From NCBI GenBank assembly GCA_044892525.1, contig CM097885.1, positions 19,718,001 through 19,782,000 on the forward strand: a stretch of DNA of 64,000 nucleotides, read 5' to 3'. The notes beneath the pieces were generated by a model. That model had not been told where the DNA came from, searched no databases, and was given only the letters and a program-made list of their open reading frames with translations. Position numbers and translations under genes: made by a program. Below are positions 40,701 through 48,570 of this stretch, in pieces (position 1 is the first letter of the stretch; the number at the start of each line of letters is the position of its first letter). This stretch comes from Schmidtea polychroa. Its lineage: Eukaryota.

Positions 40701-43700
40701 CTTTTCTTGGGTTGATGGATTTTGGATACTATTTAAATCATGTATTAAATTCACATCTGCAACATGTCTATCTCTAAGATTTGTTGAATTGTATGCAATG
40801 TCATGTTTTAAAGCTGCTTGATCAATTCTATTTATTGGTTCTTCTCCTTGTTTGGGATTATTATTTTCATCTAATCTAATATCTAGACGTGTTCCTGGTC
40901 CAGTATAGTTGTGTTTAAATAAATGTCTTTCACCTGGATATTTTTCTGTAGTAAAAGGTTTTAATATTGAAGATGTTGTTTTTGAAGATTGCAAATCGCC
41001 TCCAGCTCGTGGAATTAGGTCACCTACTGTATGTTTTTTAGTTTTAAGATGACTTGGTTTATGATGTCTTGTAACTTGACAATTACAAGTTTCACATCTC
41101 CAATAGGGTTTATTTAAAGACATTTTAAAATGTCAAAATATCAGGGATTATATCAAGAATCTCCCCTAACATTTTCGATTATTGAAATCTTTCCACCATA
41201 TAATTTCATTTCTATTTTCTTTTCTTCTAATATTAATGTATATACTTTAGCTTTAAAATTAGAATCCTTTGTTACATGAAGTGTAACATCAACATTATTT
41301 ATGGCTAATCGATCATCTTGGTCTGATACATTTATACAAAATATAGAATATAAATTTTTGAAATCTTCTAAACTTAATTGCGGTTCAACATTGAAATCAT
41401 AACATGTTTCAATATAATTTAGATATGGGAATATGTTTTCATTATTTTCAATATTAAATTCCATTCTATTTATTGGATAATAAGAACTATTTAATTGAAT
41501 TTGGATTGTTTTTAAATTATCATCTCCAATCTTTTGAATAAATAGATTGTTATTTTTTTGGAAAGATGAATCTGTTTCTTTGAATCCAATCAAGATATAT
41601 CTTGGTCGGTATGCTAAATTTGCTACCTTTATAGAATATGTTGAACCCTCTGTCATACTAAATTCACTACAGATTCTATTTAAATAATTTACATTTATAG
41701 ACTTGTTGGAATTTAATCTTTCAAGGAGTTTGATTTCAGAATGTGGGTTTAATGTCCATTCAGGTATATGTAATTCAAGTGTTGATAATTTTAATTTAGC
41801 TTTTGTATCTACAGCTCCATAGAACAATCTTTTATCACCTTCTACTCTATTACAGATGAATTCTATAAAAACATTATGAAGTATACGATTATAGTTTTGA
41901 AGGAATCCAAACAAGTGTTTTAATTCAAAATAACCTTCAAATTTTTTAGATTTATAAAGTTCAGCTCTTTTATGGTAACCATGGTTTACATCTAAACCAT
42001 CTTTATCTAAATCCCCTTTATTAACATCAGGAATCCAACCTGTTAATTCACCATATTCGTTTTTATAATCACAACCAGTCAAAATAAAATTTAACATTGT
42101 AGAATATACTCCCGGATGCAAAACAGTTTCAATTTCTGATGATCCTAGTTTTAATCTCATGTTGGAGAATAAATTTGGAAAGAAATTATTTTCTAGGGTT
42201 ATATCTTTGTTTGCTTCAATTTCTAATTCGATTTTATAATATAATTTGGCATTACAAATATCTATAGGGTTTGATGTTTGAAGAGATTGAAAAACTATAT
42301 CACCCCTACGATTTAAGTTTGCAATAGATCCTGAAATTGGAGAGATTTTTAAAATATCATTTTTTTTAATTTCATGAGTAAATTCTTTATTATAATCAAG
42401 ATTTAATTTATTTTTTTCTTGAATTTTAAGATTTATGTTATTCATTTTTATATATTAAAATTTACACACACACAATAGGATTAATTAAATATATTATGTA
42501 AGCCATTATAGCGGAGTGGGAATAGGCTTCAATTTTATCACCGGGAGTACCGGGTTCAATTTTCGATTTTGGTCAATTTTTTTCGATATTTTTTTTCAAC
42601 GGAATCTGATTCAGCGTACTGATTTTAGTATATATTTAAATTTTCAGATCGATCTGAGTGGTAGTTGTCGAGAAAATGAATAATTAATTATTAATTTCAT
42701 CAATAAATAGTCACACATTAACAACTTATTTTATATTGAGTATAGCTTAGTGGTAATAGCACTCGACTGCATTGCCAATACCAATGGGTTCAAATCCCAT
42801 TTCGGTCATTTTTTTCAAATTTTTTTTTAACGAAATATTGATCAGCATACTCGATTTAGTACTTGTACAAATTTTTAAGGAGATTGGTCAACGGCAACCT
42901 GTCTTTCGAACACCCCCGGATCGATCCCGGTAATGTGCACATTTATTTCTCGGTTGTTTTCGGACCTCTTTCGGATTCGCTTTCGAATTCATTTGTACTT
43001 TCGAGCAGCACACTTAAAACGCCGATGAAATCGTATTCGAGCGAGAAGCGAATAATAAGGTGTGCTGCTATTATCGAATTGATTCTGATTATGAGCCTGG
43101 CCAGCTTGTATATTGGAAGAGATTTGATAAACGAAAGAGGTTGAATAAAAAAAAAATGATCCGGATCAAAAAAAACTGTTGAGGGGACAGTGAAAAAAAA
43201 AAAAAAAAAAATACCACTGTCCCCTCAGAGCAGTTTTACTATTTTTCATTTATTTTTTAATTTATATAATTTAAAATCAATAATCTGATAAAGATCAAAT
43301 AGCCCTCTAACTTTTTCATAATGCCATTTTCTTTTCTATTCTCTTTTTAGTTTGAAGCTTTTGAGTTTGAGGCTTTAAAGATTAAAACAGTTAGAGTCAT
43401 TAAGGGTGGTTGTTTTCAAAATATAGGGTTAAAATACTATAAAAGTATAAGTTTTAGGTTGTTTTTCTAATAGCTTAAGTGATTTGGAGGCATGTTTTTG
43501 TTGGGGGGCTGTTTTGGTTGGGTGGAGATAGAATCCCTGAACATATCGATTATCAGCAAATGATGGAGATAGAATCCCTGAACATATCGATTATCAGCAA
43601 ATGATGGAGATAGAATCCCTGGAAACCAAGAAGTATTACTTCAATAGAATATTTCAGTGTCTTTTCGATGAAGACATGAAATGGACAAGGATAATTGTAG

Positions 43701-44000
43701 GATTCACCTACATGAAGATAATCATAGAAAAAAGTTTATAGGACTCCGAGCACTATTATCAGTGGTCTTTAGAAGTAAGATTTCTTTTATAATCTACATT
43801 TTAATAATATTAATTTCTAGATAATCAAGTCCAAGTTTACCCCATGGATAGAAGCCAATGGCGGATGGGGTGTATTAAATAAACTGGCCTGCAATTTTAA
43901 AGAAACTGATGAAATCAAAAGAAAAATGAAAAACTATATAAAACTTACAACTGGAGTTGTTATAATGTATATTTTCTGTAGATATATGAATAAAAATTAA
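28786..44000 (+). CDS. Bcl-2-family protein of P2; exon 1 28786-29082, exon 2 43821-44000; P3 sits in the intron
   Basis: BH1-like LFDEDMKWTRIIVGFTY, BH2-like PWIEANGGW, C-terminal hydrophobic tail LTTGVVIMYIF. The phase-0 GT..AG join gives 158 aa. Confidence 0.8.
29909..29990 (-). ncRNA. tRNA-like Pol III-type unit 1 (P3)
   Basis: A box TAGCGCAGTGG, B box GGTTCAAATC, T8 terminator. No convincing anticodon stem. Confidence 0.55.
30057..34390 (+). CDS. polB: Protein-primed DNA polymerase B of P3 with N-terminal zinc fingers (one frameshift near 30600)
   Basis: C2H2 CNICNKVFKNKTGLISHLKSKAH. Motifs LYGDFES, IFHNLFGYD, KGIYPY, YIDATALY, KILNNSVFGK and MDTDS. The frame of 30812-34390 is open back to ~30595. 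Confidence 0.92.
34485..35081 (-). CDS. P3 membrane-associated protein with central hydrophobic hairpin
   Basis: 198-aa ORF with hydrophobic segment VIGYSLGFASAILTVILPITLPVVTLAPVILG. Function unknown. Confidence 0.7.
   Translation of the reverse strand: MEEVREENIYPELRSSGYYSSKASAPTELEIMRVKEFKSETLHLQDLLKHYKKIKNRWNKGNTVLKVIGYSLGFASAILTVILPITLPVVTLAPVILGSISVADGFLTEIVSLSYTSKKKSFYREVCLSIELGISKLFLFQLKALEDGILTDEEIMKSNQIIQDIKNEVIRLKREGMVANVISNKKTSREKWLKNSYL
35090..36100 (-). CDS. P3 fibre-like/coiled-coil virion protein
   Basis: GDSMKGDLILNGHKI..DEADAVNKKYVD fibre-type motif followed by a coiled coil. Confidence 0.6.
   Translation of the reverse strand: MSSYIPCNRGGGTIKTGFNTEEILTLTENKYINERGDSMKGDLILNGHKIKELSFPTDEADAVNKKYVDGVKKYTDLTTTRIESSLTTKIDSMESKLNNIEQRFNDKFDKLQSLLTEQVVKLNTAILNSKDKQIMNTKFNTIYKIINEMITSFNKRISNLESHGTHINTTHSIRKRAAELEQNKTLLPHTYKHFIEPSLITTNSKEWGVFMVVKIIDPYFFLFDDDNERMKWFVKCDYNSKLEKGDVIMTSYDLPHGDWYVNTHSHGLHKVKSKNIHFSSSLVQYIDLIFYEKKVDVDEVRKALRELYKDILSTRVSFDIRVLVPDGAQKNKVLFF
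36125..36889 (-). CDS. P3 minor capsid protein (penton-like)
   Basis: YNTIFNI, IEPGTYEI, INIHCDCITGSY..VLYSF and IDFNGEEISMYLHLK. Confidence 0.8.
   Translation of the reverse strand: MELHNPPEDNLKKMVNIMSDKYSRTLSINSKESEFTINFQDSIKLDQNLNYELGLLWFCAYNTIFNITKDNNKFTIQTRDDHKPEIITIEPGTYEIKDLNDILSKKTNEGIKIKMDIPTSKCVMTLKNIKISFLDNCFFHTVLGFKPMDITIKEDKIITSEHIIKIINTNTINIHCDCITGSYNNGKQTNVLYSFPSNTVPMGYKIVERMNPPNYLPLCRKYIMDINFKILNQEGELIDFNGEEISMYLHLKQV
36938..37402 (-). CDS. P3 adenain-type cysteine protease
   Basis: GSHWVC, YFDSFG, Q..CG catalytic pattern. Confidence 0.9.
   Translation of the reverse strand: MTPSILDFLKTFGINAKTNFDLKDYANYLNLKIKILMNDELSSLESPLNIIINYQNSNEKGSHWVCIYKKSIYFDSFGIKPTKEVEDYLLRGSPIDSPNGYTFNSLQVQPLNTKICGILSLYVLYRLNKGEGKGHTQDFESIIQEIYNDLESLL
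37410..38305 (-). pseudogene. P3 ORF of unknown function, disrupted
   Basis: ORF 37982-38305 continues through a frameshift and stop to ..LRKLLAARKAEHNN..LLKQGIISK. Confidence 0.55.
38328..38892 (-). pseudogene. P3 core/membrane-lytic precursor-like protein (frameshift near 38650)
   Basis: KEGGILPLAALIPAIIAGL and repeated GKGLYL, consistent with adenain-cleaved virion proteins. Confidence 0.6.
38908..39699 (+). CDS. P3 A32/FtsK-like DNA packaging ATPase
   Basis: Walker A IVGSSGCGKN, Walker B LVIFDD, FTRGRHNNCNVIYISQ. Confidence 0.92.
   Translation: MDVWKPILNRHKSKFNNKVFPDNFRLLIVGSSGCGKNVLVLRMLLEDDFLDYNNLIFYSTTINQPELQLLKCGFENKLTKKAIIDIFKNQHRCPEEVFQPCDMVDWHKEKILESDISNKNDYICEEGQEAIQVLFSNKPEDVLHCDLLPKDKKNLVIFDDVVNMKNQEIQKSYFTRGRHNNCNVIYISQTYYALDKNSIRNNSNCFIFFKLDRRDKNMIYNDLFSNVEPDKNMFDMFVDNHWKEKYNYIYLDREEAEIWKSLF
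39711..41123 (-). CDS. int: P3 zinc finger-phospholipase A2-retroviral-type integrase fusion
   Basis: NYTGPGT..NRIDQAALKHDIAY (parvoviral-type PLA2) followed by WSADL, WCDKGTEFY and VERLNRTLK (DDE core). Confidence 0.9.
   Translation of the reverse strand: MSLNKPYWRCETCNCQVTRHHKPSHLKTKKHTVGDLIPRAGGDLQSSKTTSSILKPFTTEKYPGERHLFKHNYTGPGTRLDIRLDENNNPKQGEEPINRIDQAALKHDIAYNSTNLRDRHVADVNLIHDLNSIQNPSTQEKIQRALVKLAMKGKIFIGLGHSPITMGARLPRKAKDVAYKKIIEQAEIERSLESTAKTSLQTPTESEIKYAKELHHEFRKNKKYLKVQVHEKDQTWSADLVFMPKSSDPEKYKIILTVIDLYTRFASARCLENKTGYSITEAFENIFEENQRIPKYLWCDKGTEFYNKVFTKFLNENDIKLYSTENEGKAVVVERLNRTLKNKMWKYFTAIGKQKWNNELLQKIVNEYNNDVHSSIKLTPLNASMKPETIKVVNIENDVIEKPKFKIGDRVRIFKYKNKFEKGFTARWTNEIFIINKIHYTTPITYSIFDLNNEKILGRFYNNELQKTDF
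41153..42445 (-). CDS. P3 major capsid protein (double jelly-roll)
   Basis: 430 aa. NNFFPNLFS, LKHLFGFL, RPRYILIGF, QLNSSYYP and LYSIFCINVS pattern, plus genomic context. Confidence 0.8.
   Translation of the reverse strand: MNNINLKIQEKNKLNLDYNKEFTHEIKKNDILKISPISGSIANLNRRGDIVFQSLQTSNPIDICNAKLYYKIELEIEANKDITLENNFFPNLFSNMRLKLGSSEIETVLHPGVYSTMLNFILTGCDYKNEYGELTGWIPDVNKGDLDKDGLDVNHGYHKRAELYKSKKFEGYFELKHLFGFLQNYNRILHNVFIEFICNRVEGDKRLFYGAVDTKAKLKLSTLELHIPEWTLNPHSEIKLLERLNSNKSINVNYLNRICSEFSMTEGSTYSIKVANLAYRPRYILIGFKETDSSFQKNNNLFIQKIGDDNLKTIQIQLNSSYYPINRMEFNIENNENIFPYLNYIETCYDFNVEPQLSLEDFKNLYSIFCINVSDQDDRLAINNVDVTLHVTKDSNFKAKVYTLILEEKKIEMKLYGGKISIIENVRGDS
42502..42583 (+). ncRNA. tRNA-like Pol III-type unit 2 (P3)
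   Basis: A box TAGCGGAGTGG, B box GGTTCAATT, T7 terminator. Confidence 0.5.
42735..42815 (+). ncRNA. tRNA-like Pol III-type unit 3 (P3)
   Basis: A box TAGCTTAGTGG, perfect T-arm ATGGG-TTCAAAT-CCCAT, T7 terminator. CTGCATT occupies the anticodon-loop position but its stem is unpaired. Confidence 0.62.
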
Positions 44001-44044
44001 TGTTATTGTTTTTAATAGTATATTTAAATGAAAATAATTCAATT

Positions 44045-44391
44045 TTAAAATTTATTAACACATTCGCAATCATCATCTCCACATTTCATTATATTTTCAA
44101 CGACATGATCAATACAATCATTCGTAATATTATCTTTAGGTTCCTCTATAGGTTCATCTATAGGTTCATAGATTTCGTCATCAATTTCTTGAGTTTCTTC
44201 CTGATCGTCAAATCCTGAATCTTGACTCTCAACTACCCAGCCGATATTTAATGCATTTGTAACAGATAATATATCCTCAATTTTTACCCCAGATATTTCA
44301 GCTAATTTTGCCAACAAAAAGTTGATTACAAATTCTAAATAATAAATAATTTGGAAATTAATTAATCATGTTAACCTTTTTCTGTAGTCAT
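44045..44391 (-). CDS. P2 small acidic protein, two exons (intron 44335-44375)
   Basis: MTTEK|EFVINFLLAKLAEISG..; a 41-bp GT..AG intron supplies an ATG for the ORF (101 aa). Confidence 0.65.
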
Positions 44392-44525
44392 TATTAACAC
44401 TTTAAAACTATATTATAAGTTTGTTTATAGATTTTCTTTGTTAAATTTGCATGTCATTTGCATTAATGTTGCAATTAATAAAGAGAAAAAAACAAATATG
44501 ACTAATACATTTATTAAATATCACA

Positions 44526-44945
44526 TTAAAATAGTTGTGAAAGTCTAGCAGACATAATTTTCCAAATTGGAGAATACACATCATTATTATCAACTTTATA
44601 TCCTTGGATTGCAATTGTTATATACCAATTTTCGTTTTCTTTGAAGCTGATTTCATCAAAGGAATCATAAAATCTTGCATATCGGTTGTTGAAAAATGCA
44701 TGTTGATTACAAGATAGATTCGTATTCAACCGTTTGAAAACCTCATCAATAGATTTAACATCTATCGTTGAAAGCGTGCCGGATAAAAATTGAAATTGGG
44801 TAAGAATTAGCTTGATCGGTGACACCAATTTCATATTGATTTCTTCTTTTAAAAAATACATTTTATAGTTGTGGAACATTTGAACAGGTTGTACAAGTTC
44901 TGGAACAACTTTCCGCTTTTCAGTGCTTGAAATTTTCTTTGTCAT
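44526..44945 (-). CDS. P2 hypothetical protein (139 aa)
   Basis: ATG-started, complex-composition ORF in a co-oriented cluster. Confidence 0.65.
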   Translation of the reverse strand: MTKKISSTEKRKVVPELVQPVQMFHNYKMYFLKEEINMKLVSPIKLILTQFQFLSGTLSTIDVKSIDEVFKRLNTNLSCNQHAFFNNRYARFYDSFDEISFKENENWYITIAIQGYKVDNNDVYSPIWKIMSARLSQLF

Positions 44946-45224
44946 CGTGAATTATGATTAAAATGAAATGTTACAGGGATTTTATACCTATGACTAATGT
45001 TTATCAACCAATCAGATTGCTGCATGTCTTTGTTTAAATTGCATGTCTTTGTTTAAATTGTATGTCATTTGCATTAATGTTGCATTAATGTTTTTATTAT
45101 AAATATTGTTTTTATTATTATTATTTCTAATATTACTATTATTACTTATATTATTACTATTTCTATTATTATTTCTATTTCTATTATTTCGATTTACAAA
45201 AACAAAACAATTCAACATAAAAAT

Positions 45225-45631
45225 TTATTTTGATACAATCTGACTCGAGTGGTTATTTCTCAGAGTCTTCACCAAACACCATTCAACATATTGTTGATAA
45301 CGGAAATTGCAGCAGCTACATCCGAAAATGCAAGGAGCCTCTGGTTTCATTTCTTTCATCACCCTTCCTATCTTGACATCCCATAGAAAGGTGTTTATTA
45401 TATCGAATATCCAGATTCGTGTTTGGTTGTATACTAAATCCGGAATGATAGCTGGATCTCTATCTTGTAGAATTTCATTTAATTCCGGATAATAGAAGCA
45501 TAATCTTTGCAGGATAATTGATTGATATTCATCTGTAAAAGTATATATTAATGTAATAATAAAAATTTGAAATTACCATAATTTGCATGCTCTTTCATTG
45601 AGGTGATTGCGGAACTTTGTATGTTGTACAT
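45225..45631 (-). CDS. P2 hypothetical protein, two exons (intron 45533-45576), Cys cluster
   Basis: MYNIQSSAITSMKEHANY|DEYQSIILQRLCF..PCIFGCSCCNFRYQ..VSK*. 44-bp GT..AG intron, 120 aa, absent from the ORF track. Confidence 0.65.
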
Positions 45632-45706
45632 TTTTGTTGAATAAATGATTTCTAAACAGAAAACATATTGTTTAAAACAATCATTAACCAATTAGAAATT
45701 AACCAA

Positions 45707-46144
45707 TTAGAAATTGACCAATGAAATTATCTCATTTCGAACATTGTCAACAAATTCCCTATACTCCAAATTTCTCAACCCCAGCATGACAACCTTTCCA
45801 CTAGCAAACACGTTGACACATATAGGGTTATATTTTAATAGTCTTAGTGCCGGAAACAATTCCGGTTCAAACATACAATCACATTTTTTCGACATGTTAT
45901 ATAGATTGATACTATGTCCCATATCCATAGTAACGGTAATTGATTGGATTTTAATATTATTTATTCGATATTGTAATTTATTAATATCCAAGGGTTTCTT
46001 ACATCCCATGATTCTACATTTACCAGTCTTGAAAAATATTATCGGGTATTTCCCGCTTCTATCGATAATTTGCTGGGGTTTTCCTGGTGGGAACCTCATA
46101 TTTGTTACATCAAAATTTCCTCGATAATTTATATTTGCTAACAT
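45707..46144 (-). CDS. TBP: P2 TATA-binding-protein-like protein (145 aa)
   Basis: Two TBP repeats: ANI..IIFFKTGKCRIMG and IQSITVT..INL..FEPELFPAL..VNVFASGKVVMLG. Confidence 0.85.
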   Translation of the reverse strand: MLANINYRGNFDVTNMRFPPGKPQQIIDRSGKYPIIFFKTGKCRIMGCKKPLDINKLQYRINNIKIQSITVTMDMGHSINLYNMSKKCDCMFEPELFPALRLLKYNPICVNVFASGKVVMLGLRNLEYREFVDNVRNEIISLVNF

Positions 46145-46247
46145 TATTAAATCATTTATGAAAATTAGTCTTTATATACAAATTAAGTACGAGTTCATTA
46201 AATCATCGAATATAAACAAATACACATATATTTTTAAAATTTTTAAA

Positions 46248-46874
46248 ATGGAATTAAGAAATGATGCAGTATACCAAATCGTTGGTCCGAGTGGTAGTTG
46301 AAAAACATTATTTGTTTGTAAATTACTAAAATCAAATTTATTCAAATCAAAATTCAACAGGATTTATTGGCATAGGGGTGCTGATGAAGAACATGGATTA
46401 ACTCAATCAAGTTTCTGTAAATTAAAAAACATGAAAATAGTAAAGGGATTCGATAAAAACTGGTCCAGCCGATTAAAGAAAGGTGATGTCATTATTATCG
46501 ATGATTTGTATCAAGAAGCTAATAAAGAAAAAGATTTTAATAATTTATTTACAAAGATCAGCAGACATGTCGGTGTTACAGTTATTTTCATAACACAAAA
46601 TCTTTTTCATCAAGGTGGGGCACATCGAACACGTAATTTAAATGTACAATATTTAGTTATTTTCAAGAATCCTAGAGATGCAACAGTGATTGATTTTCTT
46701 GCACGTCAAGCATACCCTAACAATCGTAATTTTCTTATCAGTGCATTTCAAGATGCTACAAAAATACCTCATGGATATATATTTCTTGATTTCACACAAC
46801 AATGTCCCGATGATTTACGAGTAAAAACAGATATTTTCAACCCAAAAGGTGCCATGGTTTATAAACAAATTTGA
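46248..46874 (+). pseudogene. P2 packaging ATPase with a nonsense codon in Walker A
   Basis: MELRNDAVYQIVGPSGS*KT (TGA at 46299), in frame with VIIIDDL, FTKISRH, IFITQNLF and FKNPRD. Confidence 0.9.
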
Positions 46875-46892
46875 AAACCTCTATGAATAATA

Positions 46893-47420
46893 ATGTTTCT
46901 AAAAGCAAGGGTGAAAAATATTAGGAAATTAAGAAAAAGTATTAGAAAGAGTATTAAAGTTCCAAAAGTTCCACCAACAACTAGTTATACACCATCTAAA
47001 AAACTTGTAACTGAAAATTTCTCTGCAATGAATCTTATTTCGAAAAATCCTAAACCTAAACGTAAAACCCGTAAAACTCGTAAAACCGGTAAAAAAGTAG
47101 TTAAAAATCATCGCAGTTTTCCATTTTTTAATGCATTGTTAAAGGCCCCGAGTATGAAAAGAATGAATATATTGCAATCATTCCCAAACTTTGTTGTCGA
47201 TGATTTACTCAATATTATACTTAAAGTAGTCAAAGGCAAAATTAAAATCAGTAAATCAAAAAAGCATTTATTGAGCAAACATAGAAAACCATTGTTATCT
47301 TTAGTAAATAATAAAAATCGTAAGCAAATGAGTAAAATTATATATAAACAACAAGGTGGATTTATTGGTGCATTGATACCTCTGGCATTATCATTATTAG
47401 GTGGGGTTACACAGTCATAA
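46893..47420 (+). CDS. P2 basic core-like protein
   Basis: Very K/R-rich, ending QQGGFIGALIPLALSLLGG (putative protease site plus amphipathic tail). Confidence 0.7.
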   Translation: MFLKARVKNIRKLRKSIRKSIKVPKVPPTTSYTPSKKLVTENFSAMNLISKNPKPKRKTRKTRKTGKKVVKNHRSFPFFNALLKAPSMKRMNILQSFPNFVVDDLLNIILKVVKGKIKISKSKKHLLSKHRKPLLSLVNNKNRKQMSKIIYKQQGGFIGALIPLALSLLGGVTQS

Positions 47421-47423
47421 ACA

Positions 47424-47651
47424 ATGGGTGCTAATCCTTCATTGCCCGACATTAAATTTAATTTTAAATCTTCTTGTTGTAATGGAGAAGATTTGGACGA
47501 ACCCAGAAGACGAAGCCGGTTTCGGTGGAGTGGCAAAATTAAACAAAAGAGTTCCGAATTCGAAAAAAGAAACCCAGAAGTGGTTATCAGATCAGCTTGC
47601 GTACAGTTTGAACAAACCAATGCGGAAAAGATTTCCAACAAGAGCCTATAA
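47424..47651 (+). CDS. P2 small ORF overlapping the integrase start
   Basis: 75 aa starting MGANPS, identical in Q (63482-63709). ATG follows directly after the previous stop. Confidence 0.4.
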   Translation: MGANPSLPDIKFNFKSSCCNGEDLDEPRRRSRFRWSGKIKQKSSEFEKRNPEVVIRSACVQFEQTNAEKISNKSL

Positions 47652-47869
47652 AACATTTGGTATTGACGATTTATGGCAAATGGATTTGATGGAGATGATA
47701 CCCTATTCGAAAATTAACAATGGGAATAAATATATTTTAACATGTATTAATGTATACAGCAGATTTGCACGAGCAATACCAGTCAAGGCAAAATCTGCAG
47801 AAGAAATGTCCAAGGCAATTAATATTTTATTTAAAGATGGACATCCTAATAACTTGCAAACAGATTTAG

Positions 47870-47928
<59 letters not shown>

Positions 47929-48570
47929 GTTATTATTATTTTAGGTAAAGAATTCTACAATAGCAAAGTTAAGCAAATCCTCGATAAACTGAAAATAAAT
48001 CCTTACTCGGTACATTCTCAATACAAAGCTGCCCATGTTGAAAGATTTAATCGAACATTGAGAGATAGATTAAAGAAATTGTTCGTGCATCAAGGGAATA
48101 AAAAATGGGTAAATGCTTTACCGAAAATAATAAAAAGTTATAATCATTCATCACATCGAGGACTGAATGGATTGAGACCGGTTGATATTACATCAAAAAC
48201 ATTCTATTCTAAGAAATCTGTAAAAATTGCAAAACCTAAATATAAACTCGGTGACCATGTTAGAATTAGTAAAATTAGTGCATCACCATTTATTAAAAAT
48301 TTTGATACAAATTGGAGTGATGAAGTCTTTGTAATTTCAAAAATAAATACTAAACAGAATCCTGTAATGTATGTCATCAAAGACAGTGATAATAATATTG
48401 TACAAGGGAAATTTTATGAGCAGGAATTACAAGTCATTCCTCCTCCAAAAGTATTTAGAATTCAAAAAATATTGAAAACTAAAAAGGTCGGCAAGGATAA
48501 ACAATACTATGTCAAATGGCATGGTTATCAAAACCCGTCATGGATATCAGCAAAAGACCTAGTAAAGTGA
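47482..48570 (+). CDS. int: P2 retroviral-type integrase with chromodomain; intron 47870-47944
   Basis: WQMDL, QTDLG|KEFY, VERFNRTL and YYVKWHGY. Confidence 0.92.

Larger units (their letters stand above)
29091..43523. mobile_element. Polinton/Maverick P3 (distinct lineage) nested in P2
   Basis: ~630-bp near-identical TIRs (29091-29718 starting AGTAGT; 42897-43523 lacking the last ~16 bp) and a full core gene set. Confidence 0.93.

Noticed and set aside
42735..42815. Functional tRNA-Cys gene
   Set aside because: The anticodon stem does not pair and the acceptor stem is weak. Kept only as tRNA-like.
45714..46127. 137-aa plus-strand ORF opposite the TBP-like gene
   Set aside because: Antisense shadow with no recognisable motif.
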